Source: a virus
Lineage: Duplodnaviria > Heunggongvirae > Uroviricota > Caudoviricetes
DNA length: 8,235 nucleotides
Strand: one strand, 5' to 3'
Virus record (IMG/VR): IMGVR_UViG_2651869696_000011
Translations under genes and position numbers: made by a program
Shown here: in pieces, positions 1 through 6,539 of the stretch
Layout of the letters: every line of letters begins with the position of its first letter
Position numbering within the stretch: position 1 is the first letter of the stretch
The notes under the pieces: generated by a model
What the model saw: the letters and a program-made list of their open reading frames with translations, nothing else
Told to the model about the DNA's origin: nothing
Database searches by the model: none

Positions 1-1
1 G

Positions 2-478
2 AAGCAGAAAAAGCTTATTATGCTTCCATCGGAAACGATGATCTGGCAGCCTGAGTTCACAGATAAAACACTCTCCAGGAAACCCGGGGCGGTTCAGGCC
101 GCCGGTCGTTATATTCGTTCGCATGAAGCCGTTCAGCACATCAGCATCCGCGACCGGCTGAATGATTTTATGCAGCAGCACGGCACAGTACTGGCGGCCG
201 CACTGGCACCGGAGCTGATGGGCTACAGTGAGCTGACGGCCATTGCCCGAAACTGTGCCATACAGCGTGCCACAGATGCCCTGCGTGAAGCCCTCCTGTC
301 CTGGCTTGCGAAGGGTGAAAAAATTAATTATTCCGCACAGGATAGCGACATTTTAACGGCCATTGGATTCAGACCTGACGCGGCTTCGGTGGATGACAGC
401 CGTGAAAAATTCACCCCTGCGCAGAACATGATTTTTTCGCGTAAAAGTGCGCAACTGGCATCACGTCAGTCTGTGTAA
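2..478 (+). CDS. psu: Psu-like polarity-suppression / capsid-decoration protein, C-terminal ~158 aa; 5' end lies outside the window
   Basis: Reading frame is open from the window edge (no stop between position 2 and the first ATG at 20), stop at 476-478. It is immediately upstream of, and transcribed toward, the cos site, as psu is in P4. Identity is inferred from context and recalled similarity to P4 Psu, not from an alignment. Confidence 0.55.
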   Translation, partial: KQKKLIMLPSETMIWQPEFTDKTLSRKPGAVQAAGRYIRSHEAVQHISIRDRLNDFMQQHGTVLAAALAPELMGYSELTAIARNCAIQRATDALREALLSWLAKGEKINYSAQDSDILTAIGFRPDAASVDDSREKFTPAQNMIFSRKSAQLASRQSV

Positions 479-514
479 AATTCCCCGAAAATCCGCCCGT
501 TTTTACTGAAAAAA

Positions 515-543
515 GCCATGCATCGATAAGGTGCATGGCTTTG
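515..543 (+). terminator. Putative rho-independent terminator downstream of the psu-like gene
   Basis: Perfect 8-bp stem gccatgca (515-522) / tgcatggc (532-539) with a 9-nt loop, followed by tttg; lies 37 nt after the stop codon. Confidence 0.45.
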
Positions 544-569
544 CATGCGTTTCCCTGCCTCATTTTCTG

Positions 570-597
570 CAGACCGCGCCATTCCCGGCGCGGTCTG
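570..597. other. Perfect 11-bp stem-loop in the cos-proximal spacer
   Basis: cagaccgcgcc (570-580) / ggcgcggtctg (587-597) with the 6-nt loop attccc; no T-tract follows, so it is not a classical terminator. Possibly part of the terminase recognition region near cos. Confidence 0.4.
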
Positions 598-642
598 AGC
601 GTGTCAGTGCAACTGCATTAAAACCGCCCCGCAAAGCGGGCG

Positions 643-661
643 GGCGAGGCGGGGAAAGCAC
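643..661. other. P2/P4-type cos cohesive-end sequence (cosN)
   Basis: Exact 19-nt string ggcgaggcggggaaagcac, which I recall as the cohesive-end sequence shared by P2, 186 and P4. It lies between the psu-like gene and the integrase-proximal cargo, as in P4. Confidence 0.6.
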
Positions 662-724
662 TGCGCGCCCGGTTGGTGCTCGTTACTAATGTTTTTTGCG
701 CCCGAGCACCGTCGGGAAGGGGCT

Positions 725-733
725 GGGGGGGGG
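725..733. repeat. G9 homopolymer inside a G-rich run (711-750: ggg, gggg, ggggggggg, gggg)
   Basis: Read directly from the sequence; the tract spacing fits a canonical G-quadruplex motif. Intergenic. Confidence 0.5.
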
Positions 734-896
734 ATAGGGGAGGTGCCTGACGTCGCGCGGTAATGTTGGTAAGTGTGCCGCTGATGGCTTCTGAGGGGAG
801 TGGTAAATAGCCGCCTTTCGACGGTGTAGTGGGGAGAGTATTGCTTACAAACGTAATGAAATTGTTTGAGTAGCTAGGCTACTGCATAGGATTATT

Positions 897-925
897 TTGT
901 TCTGTTAATATATCCGTTAATATAG
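897..925 (+). promoter_or_regulatory. Putative promoter and tandem 9-bp direct repeat upstream of the cargo operon
   Basis: gttaatata repeated at 904-912 and 916-924 (12-bp register); ttgttc (897-902) and atatag (920-925) are a possible -35/-10 pair with a 17-nt spacer. Lies in the AT-rich leader about 35 nt before the start codon at 959. Weak, sequence-only call. Confidence 0.25.
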
Positions 926-958
926 ATAGATTGATCCAATTGAGTTTAAGGAATGAGT

Positions 959-1342
959 ATGTTTCAGATATCAGCTGGAGTGTTCTTTGATTTAGATAAA
1001 ATAGAAAAACACGATGGCACATTTGTTTTTTATTCAAATGTTGATGTGTCTTTCTCGGTGGAAAACACCTCCCCTCTTTTTAAAGCAAATAAAATAAGTC
1101 ATGATGGTATAAACTGTTATGTGGTAAACTATACTCTCCTGACCGAAAAACCAGAACGAATTGAAGCTGGAGTCGTAGTTAGGGCTGGTGATGAGGATTA
1201 TAGGCAACAATTTATTTTATTATGGGAATTCTATTTTGATTGTGTGGCTAGAGTAGAAAAAGAATCGGTTAAAAAATATGTGCATTATCAAATTTTAATA
1301 AACATCACTCAAAAATTGCGCTTGAAGTTGCCCCATATTTAG
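959..1342 (+). CDS. Hypothetical protein (127 aa), first gene of the AT-rich cargo operon
   Basis: ORF 953-1342; the second in-frame ATG at 959 has a good SD (aagga at 947-951, 7-nt spacer), whereas the ATG at 953 is too close to it. AT-rich codon usage. No family recognised. Confidence 0.6.
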   Translation: MFQISAGVFFDLDKIEKHDGTFVFYSNVDVSFSVENTSPLFKANKISHDGINCYVVNYTLLTEKPERIEAGVVVRAGDEDYRQQFILLWEFYFDCVARVEKESVKKYVHYQILINITQKLRLKLPHI

Positions 1343-2661
1343 TGGAGATTAACCGAAGAGTTTCATTTGATGATGTCTCTGGGTTTTCTGCTTTTATTAA
1401 AGATGTAGTGAATCTAAATAGATCTGCCTTTAAATCTTTAATGGCAGCGTTAAAAATAATTAGTGATTCAAAAGAATCATTGTCAACCAACTTTGACCTG
1501 ACTTATTCCATGTTAGTCTATGCCTTGGAGTCTTTGTCTCAAAGAAATGATAACTATAAGTCTGATTGGGATGACTACGATCAAAAAACCAGAGGTGAAT
1601 TAGAGTCTGTATTTGAGCATATGCCTGGTGAGGATGTTTGTAAAATTAAATCAATACTTATTGAAGGCAAACAATTCAGATTACAAAAAAGGTTCAAAGA
1701 TTTTATACTGAAAAATCTTGAAGAAAATTATTTCAATGAAACAGAGAGATATCCAATCCGCTATAGCTTCCTTAGTAGAGCTTTAGATAATTTATACAAA
1801 ATCAGGTCTTCTTTTGTCCATGAGCTTAAGCCACTTGATGCAATGATCTCGAAAGCCTACAATCCTGTTGGTGATTGTCTGGTTCTTTTTGGCGAACCTC
1901 ACTTCAGTTACTCTGGATTGCTTCGACTTCTTCGCCATGTGATAATAAATTTTTGCCGTAAAAACTACAGTCAAAAAAGAGAGTATGTTAATTGGGTGAT
2001 GGAAACATCGGGTGTAATGGTTGCAGAGATATCTGCACAATATTGGCTCTGGAATGCAGACGGATTTACAGCTAAAAGTATAGCGAAGTGGTTTAGTGAA
2101 TACCTAAATATGTTAAATTTAGGCGAAGTCACTGATTTGCAGTCTATCATGGACAAAATTGAGATAATCTATGACCAATCCAAAAAAGAATATAAAAATG
2201 GGTTGTTGTATTTTTATTTCTTATATAACTTAATGCATAATGGAAATAAGGGTGAATGGCTTGAGTTTGCGAACAAGCGAAGTTCTATACTTGTTTGTGA
2301 TATATATTGGTATTCATGCTCTCCATATTTATATAAATCATTTACTAATGTTTCAAATGGTATTGCTGATATAAAAACATTGAGAAACTTTTTGTCTTGT
2401 TTTAACGAATATGATAAAAATAAATTTAAGCCAAATCGTTTAAATCTCCCTGCAATGACCGAAGTAATTATGTTGGCTTGCGCAGCAAATTCATTCTTCA
2501 GAATTGGAATGTATCAAGACTATGTTTTAATGGGCAATAGAGCGATGAGAGAAATTGCTTCAGTAAAAGATGTATTTTATTATATAAAAGAACGATTAAG
2601 TAATTCACAACTTATTGAATTGGACGAGTGCTTGAGATTGTATAGAAAAAAGGGGGGCTAA
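1342..2661 (+). CDS. Hypothetical protein (439 aa), second gene of the cargo operon; contains an Rx4H (HEPN-like) motif
   Basis: Long uninterrupted ORF with AT-rich codon usage. The only possible start before the first internal ATG (1441) is GTG at 1342, which overlaps the upstream stop (TAGTG) and has no clear SD, so the start is uncertain. The motif R-SSFV-H is at codons 155-160 (nt 1804-1821). Confidence 0.8.
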   Translation: MEINRRVSFDDVSGFSAFIKDVVNLNRSAFKSLMAALKIISDSKESLSTNFDLTYSMLVYALESLSQRNDNYKSDWDDYDQKTRGELESVFEHMPGEDVCKIKSILIEGKQFRLQKRFKDFILKNLEENYFNETERYPIRYSFLSRALDNLYKIRSSFVHELKPLDAMISKAYNPVGDCLVLFGEPHFSYSGLLRLLRHVIINFCRKNYSQKREYVNWVMETSGVMVAEISAQYWLWNADGFTAKSIAKWFSEYLNMLNLGEVTDLQSIMDKIEIIYDQSKKEYKNGLLYFYFLYNLMHNGNKGEWLEFANKRSSILVCDIYWYSCSPYLYKSFTNVSNGIADIKTLRNFLSCFNEYDKNKFKPNRLNLPAMTEVIMLACAANSFFRIGMYQDYVLMGNRAMREIASVKDVFYYIKERLSNSQLIELDECLRLYRKKGG

Positions 2662-2669
2662 CCCCTTTT
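2648..2669. terminator. Putative bidirectional terminator at the convergent junction of the cargo gene and the integrase
   Basis: 8-bp stem aaaagggg (2648-2655) / cccctttt (2662-2669) with the 6-nt loop ggctaa, A-tract on one side and ttttatttttaa on the other. Both stop codons (2659-2661 plus strand, 2658-2660 minus strand) lie in or beside the loop. Confidence 0.4.
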
Positions 2670-3854
2670 ATTTTTAACGTATTCACCCCACCAATCCATC
2701 AATTCAATTCGCTGCACGAGATAAGTAGAACGATTGTATGCTTTTCTAACTTCATTTTTATCACTGTGGGCTAAGGCAGACTCGATAACATCAGGATTTA
2801 ATCCAGCTTCATTCATGGCTGTACTTGCTATTGAACGTAATCCATGGGCAACTAATTTTCCGCCAAAACCAATACGTTTTAAAGCTGCATTTGCAGTCTG
2901 ACTGTTCATTGGTTTCTTTGGGTCATTCCGACTCGGAAAAACATATTCACGATGAGCACTAATAGGCTTCATCACATTAAGAATCTCTAATGCCTGAGAT
3001 GATAGAGGAATTATGTGTTCCCGTTTAGCCTTCATCCGTTCGGCAGGAATCGTCCAGAGCTTTGCATGAAGATCGATTTCTTCCCACCGAGTACTGGAGG
3101 CTTCAGAAGGGCGCACAAGAGTCAGGAGTTGCCATTCAATTAGACAGCGAGTCGGGATAGACAGATTTGACATGACTAAAGAACGCATCAGCTTTGGTAA
3201 TTCTTCAGGTCGAAGCGTCGGCATGTTTTGTTTTTTTGGCTTTTCGAAGGCCATGCCAACACCTGATGCTGGGTTTGCATCAATCAAGCCAGTGTTAACC
3301 GCATAAATCATTATTTCGTTAATGCGTTGCACCAGACGACGTACAGTCTCTAATGCCCCACGAGCTTTGACTGGCTCAAGTGCTTCGACCAATGTTCTAG
3401 CTTTGATCTGCTGAACGGGCATCTCACCAACGGCGGGGAATACATCTTTTTCCAATGAGCGCCAAATATCTTTTGCATAATCAGGGGTAACACTTTTGCT
3501 TTTGAGCTGAAACCAATTAGCGGCGACCGTCGAGAAAATACTGTCCTGTGCGATTTGCTGCTGTTCCTCTGCAATTTCAGCTTGAATTTGCGGGTCAATT
3601 CCGTTGGCTAACAAGGAAAGGTAATCCGCTCTTAAGCGTCGGGCGTCAGCAAGTGAAAGGGCTGGGAAGGCTCCTAGCCCCATCATTGTCCGTTGCTTTG
3701 TTGCCGGACGTTGATAACGGAAACGCCATAACTTCTTACCGTTCGTTTTAACGAGTAGAAAAAGACCATCGCCATCATGCAACGTTAGATCCTTTTCTAA
3801 CGCTTTAGCGCGCAGTACTTCTGTGTTGGTCAGGGGGCGTGTCGTTCTTGCCAA
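2658..3854 (-). CDS. int: P4-family tyrosine integrase (CP4-57 IntA-like), 398 aa
   Basis: N-terminus MARTTRPLT...DGDGLFLLV...LWRFRYQRP and C-terminal HGLRSIAST...ALAH...VRKAYNRSTYLVQR are characteristic of P4-type integrases. Its 5' end faces the ssrA-derived att core, the usual tRNA/tmRNA-int arrangement. Confidence 0.9.
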   Translation of the reverse strand: MARTTRPLTNTEVLRAKALEKDLTLHDGDGLFLLVKTNGKKLWRFRYQRPATKQRTMMGLGAFPALSLADARRLRADYLSLLANGIDPQIQAEIAEEQQQIAQDSIFSTVAANWFQLKSKSVTPDYAKDIWRSLEKDVFPAVGEMPVQQIKARTLVEALEPVKARGALETVRRLVQRINEIMIYAVNTGLIDANPASGVGMAFEKPKKQNMPTLRPEELPKLMRSLVMSNLSIPTRCLIEWQLLTLVRPSEASSTRWEEIDLHAKLWTIPAERMKAKREHIIPLSSQALEILNVMKPISAHREYVFPSRNDPKKPMNSQTANAALKRIGFGGKLVAHGLRSIASTAMNEAGLNPDVIESALAHSDKNEVRKAYNRSTYLVQRIELMDWWGEYVKNKRG

Positions 3855-3884
3855 TTTGGCCGCTCCTTCATGAATTGGTATACG

Positions 3885-3935
3885 CGTTTAGGTATACATC
3901 CTACCGTATACCTAAACGTATACCAATAATCACTG
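3885..3935. promoter_or_regulatory. Imperfect inverted repeat in the integrase leader (candidate operator or integrase/IHF binding sites)
   Basis: Arms ttggtatacgcgtttaggtatac (3885-3907) and gtatacctaaacgtataccaa (3915-3935) are reverse complements apart from a 2-nt cg insertion; gtatac half-sites recur four times. Lies 30-80 nt upstream of the integrase start codon. Confidence 0.45.
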
Positions 3936-3973
3936 GATTTAGCTGGATATCCTCGGACAACGGTAGACACAAA

Positions 3974-4005
3974 AAAGCCCGCAGAGCTTGTGCTATGCGG
4001 GCTTT
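3974..4005 (-). terminator. Rho-independent terminator (minus-strand sense) downstream of the tmRNA 3'-end copy
   Basis: Stem agcccgca (3976-3983) / tgcgggct (3996-4003) with a 12-nt loop; on the minus strand it is followed by a run of six T (complement of aaaaaa at 3971-3976). Confidence 0.5.
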
Positions 4006-4038
4006 CAGGATTTCTCCGGACGTATCCGGAAGAGCAAG

Positions 4039-4065
4039 TGGTGGAGCTGGCGGGAGTTGAACCCG
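4039..4065 (-). other. Attachment-site core: 27-nt copy of the ssrA (tmRNA) 3' end without the rest of the gene
   Basis: tggtggagctggcgggagttgaacccg is the reverse complement of the tmRNA 3' terminus (...CGGGUUCAACUCCCGCCAGCUCCACCA). The match breaks off at 4066 and the sequence to the right is an AT-rich protein-coding gene, so this is a partial att repeat, not a functional ssrA. Confidence 0.7.
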
Positions 4066-4103
4066 TGTCTGAAAAATATTAACCTGTTGTTTTAATTATA
4101 TAT

Positions 4104-4883
4104 TTATCTGAACATGGCGTTTGCGGCGCTTTTGCGTATCTTCTCTAGACCTTTTGTAGTCCATTTCTCTGGTACAGGTGTAAACCGTAGTGCAAAATCT
4201 GCCTCCATATTATCACCACTGAAACGTGCCACTCCACGTTCCAATTTTGTTTGCCAAGTGACTTTTTTAGTTTTACCCTCTATATCTTGATATTCAATAA
4301 TTAATTTTGGACCAGTGAATGATGAAGAACCGACTAATTTAAGTCTATGTGAAAGATATGCTATATTCAATAGAATATCAATTGCCGCGGTTGGTACAAA
4401 AATGTTTTTTGACTTCTTATCTATACTATATGGTAACGAAAAATCAATATCGTAAGGTGTCGATAAAGTATTGTACATATATACTTTTCTTTCTTTTATT
4501 ATTTTGAATATTCCATACTGGGAGTCGGTTGTAAAAGATTTATCTTCTTTTTTGAATTTTTTCGAAAACAACTCTAAATATAGATTTATGTTTTTTTTAT
4601 AATTAAAATCCCAATGATATCTAAGTGAAATTGCCGCCCCCAATCCTATGTTTGAAAATTTTGTTTGTGGAAGCGTAGGGGCTTGTAAGATATCAACATG
4701 AAAACCGTTGAAATCGTTAACATTCATCTTGATATTTAAAGTGTCTATCACTAAATTGGGTTTATAAGAGAGCCTTCTTTGAAATATCGTTAACCATATT
4801 GCATATAATGCAGCAATTGCTGAAATGAAAGTACCAACTGAAGATATGTAGGTGATTAGTTTGTCGAATGTAATTGTAATCAA
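4104..4883 (-). CDS. Hypothetical membrane-anchored protein (259 aa), a moron between integrase and att
   Basis: Strongly AT-rich ORF with a predicted N-terminal transmembrane helix (ITYISSVGTFISAIAALYAIWLTIF). The only start upstream of the first internal Met (codon 53) is TTG at 4881-4883, preceded by GGGGA at a 7-nt spacing. No family recognised. Confidence 0.65.
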   Translation of the reverse strand: MITITFDKLITYISSVGTFISAIAALYAIWLTIFQRRLSYKPNLVIDTLNIKMNVNDFNGFHVDILQAPTLPQTKFSNIGLGAAISLRYHWDFNYKKNINLYLELFSKKFKKEDKSFTTDSQYGIFKIIKERKVYMYNTLSTPYDIDFSLPYSIDKKSKNIFVPTAAIDILLNIAYLSHRLKLVGSSSFTGPKLIIEYQDIEGKTKKVTWQTKLERGVARFSGDNMEADFALRFTPVPEKWTTKGLEKIRKSAANAMFR

Positions 4884-4924
4884 CTTTAAATCCCCGATTT
4901 TAAAAATGCGGGGATTATTAAATA

Positions 4925-6097
4925 TTAATTATGATTATGCAAATGATTTATCGATGTAAAGTTATCATACTCTTTAAGATACGAACCATAGTGCCTGAAA
5001 AGCATCTCCGGCCCTTTATGCCCCATTTGAGCTGCAAGCCAAAACAGGTTTGCTCCTCGGCTGATATGGCTGGTGGCGAATGTATGCCTGGTTTGATATG
5101 GGTTTCTGTAACGAATACCTGCTTTTCGCAATGTTGGCACCCATGCTTTTTTCCTAATTGCATCAGCACTTGCCCAAGGCTTATTGGTCTTTGGATCTTC
5201 AAAGACAGTAGCATCCTTCATGAATGTAAATGGCTTCTGATTTATCAGCGCCAACATTGCCTCTTCTGTCAGTTCAACTTTCCGAGTACCTGCTTTTGTC
5301 TTTGTCCCTTTGATAACACCGACAACACTTGCGCTCTGGACATGGGCAGTTTTTCCAACAAAGTCGATATCACGCCATCGAAGGGCACATAATTCAGAAC
5401 TACGCAGGCCTGTATGTATAGCGAACCGGAACAGATTTTCCCATTGTTTGTTTCCGGCTGCTGCTAGTAATGCATCAACTTCTGCTGGTGATAGCGGATC
5501 AACTACGTAGCTGCTTTCTGCTTCTGACTTATCACTTTGGTAGCGCGAAGCTGTTACTAACGATACGGGGTTAATTTGAAGTACCCCATCGGTCACGGCT
5601 TCATCAAGTGCTGACCGCAGGAAAGATAACTGGTTGCGAATGGTTTTTAAGGTCGTTTTCTGGCTTTGAATCCACGCTTTCAGGGTTGCTGGTGTTAATT
5701 CACTTGCAGGGCAAATGTGAAGTGAGGCTAACGCACTACGGCATTTTTTATAACCACCGATCGTGGATGGTGAAAGTTTCCTCGTTTCGCAGATTTCAAG
5801 GTATTCGTCCAGGTACATTTTTACCGTTTTGCCTGCAGCAGCATTACCAAAAATTTTCAAACGAGCAGAACGGGGAAAATATTCCGCATAAATGAATGTT
5901 CCCCTTTCGATCTTATTATGAATTTCGCCGAGTGTGCGCTCAGCGTATTTAATGTTCTTTGGTGTTACTTCCAGATTGGAAAGAGGCTCACGACATTTAA
6001 CTCCTTTGTAGGTGAAAGTTATATTGATCGTTTCGCCCTGGCGGTGTTTCCTGATTGTTACGCCGCGCGGTAGTTTGAGCAGTTTTGTCTGGCCCAT
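4925..6097 (-). CDS. int: Tyrosine integrase (390 aa)
   Basis: C-terminal catalytic region carries the recombinase residues (TGLRSSE; RHTFATSH; MGHKGPEMLFRHYGSY). ATG at 6095-6097 is preceded by gtgagg. Its 5' end overlaps the 3' end of the excisionase gene by 40 nt. Confidence 0.9.
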   Translation of the reverse strand: MGQTKLLKLPRGVTIRKHRQGETINITFTYKGVKCREPLSNLEVTPKNIKYAERTLGEIHNKIERGTFIYAEYFPRSARLKIFGNAAAGKTVKMYLDEYLEICETRKLSPSTIGGYKKCRSALASLHICPASELTPATLKAWIQSQKTTLKTIRNQLSFLRSALDEAVTDGVLQINPVSLVTASRYQSDKSEAESSYVVDPLSPAEVDALLAAAGNKQWENLFRFAIHTGLRSSELCALRWRDIDFVGKTAHVQSASVVGVIKGTKTKAGTRKVELTEEAMLALINQKPFTFMKDATVFEDPKTNKPWASADAIRKKAWVPTLRKAGIRYRNPYQTRHTFATSHISRGANLFWLAAQMGHKGPEMLFRHYGSYLKEYDNFTSINHLHNHN

Positions 6098-6264
6098 TTT
6101 GCAACCTCACTAAGATCAATCCACCTCTCCTTAACGCCTTCAACCTTTAAAACCTGAACACCTTCACGCCAAACACCGCGCTGTACACGTTTGTTTATTG
6201 CTTCAGGAGTTTCGCCAGTTTCTTTGCAATAAGTTGAGATTGGAACACAATCGAGGTTCAGCAT
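6058..6264 (-). CDS. xis: Excisionase (Xis-like, 68 aa)
   Basis: Small basic protein immediately upstream of and overlapping the integrase, the lambda-like int/xis arrangement. The ORF track starts at GTG 6276, but the ATG at 6262-6264 has a better SD (ggaga, 5-nt spacer). Confidence 0.65.
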   Translation of the reverse strand: MLNLDCVPISTYCKETGETPEAINKRVQRGVWREGVQVLKVEGVKERWIDLSEVAKWARQNCSNYRAA

Positions 6265-6323
6265 ATGTTTCTCCACTTAGCCCGCTGCACACGGGCAGTA
6301 ATATCAAATTCCAGTCCTGATAA

Positions 6324-6539
6324 TTAATTTTGTTCCCTGGTTGCTACCTGTTTTATTGGCCTGATGCTGTCCAGTAGCAGACGGCGACGCATGTTAGGTG
6401 CACCCCAACGGTAACCAGTCTTTTTGTCGTAGGATTCACAACGTCCGGCAACCCAGGACGTTTCAGTGGAATGTAATTTCATCCGCTTTTCACCGTCTCG
6501 GGTGATAACAATTCCTGTATGAGTTTTTATCACGCTCAT
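6324..6539 (-). CDS. Hypothetical prophage protein (71 aa)
   Basis: Its ATG overlaps the upstream gene's stop (ATGA at 6536-6539), indicating translational coupling. No family recognised. Confidence 0.5.
   Translation of the reverse strand: MSVIKTHTGIVITRDGEKRMKLHSTETSWVAGRCESYDKKTGYRWGAPNMRRRLLLDSIRPIKQVATREQN

Larger units (their letters stand above)
1..4065. mobile_element. P4-like phage satellite, partial (continues left of the window): psu-like gene, cos, cargo operon, integrase, att core
   Basis: Gene order psu-like -> cos -> cargo -> integrase -> att matches the circularly permuted P4 map (psu next to cos, accessory genes between cos and int, int next to att). Exact 19-nt P2/P4 cos sequence at 643-661. 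Composition is mosaic by eye: GC-rich spacer, AT-rich cargo. Confidence 0.7.

Noticed and set aside
1305-2156. Minus-strand ORFs 1305-1490, 1792-2040 and 1971-2156
   Set aside because: All lie antisense inside the cargo operon ORFs and have no independent start signals.
3350-3751. ORFs 3350-3598 (minus) and 3548-3751 (plus) inside the P4-type integrase gene
   Set aside because: Alternative-frame or antisense ORFs embedded in a gene with clear integrase family features.
3839-4060. Plus-strand ORF of 73 aa spanning the integrase leader, terminator hairpin and ssrA core
   Set aside because: It runs antisense across a terminator hairpin and the tmRNA-derived att core, has no RBS, and its length is explained by the local GC content; treated as non-coding.
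4039-4065. A functional tmRNA (ssrA) gene
   Set aside because: Only the last 27 nt match; the sequence where the ~330-nt tmRNA body should be is an AT-rich protein-coding gene, so this is an att repeat.
4931-5895. ORFs 4931-5392 (+), 4948-5214 (-), 5310-5510 (+) and 5608-5895 (+) within the second integrase
   Set aside because: Antisense or alternative-frame ORFs inside a well-supported integrase gene; Cys-rich or low-complexity translations.
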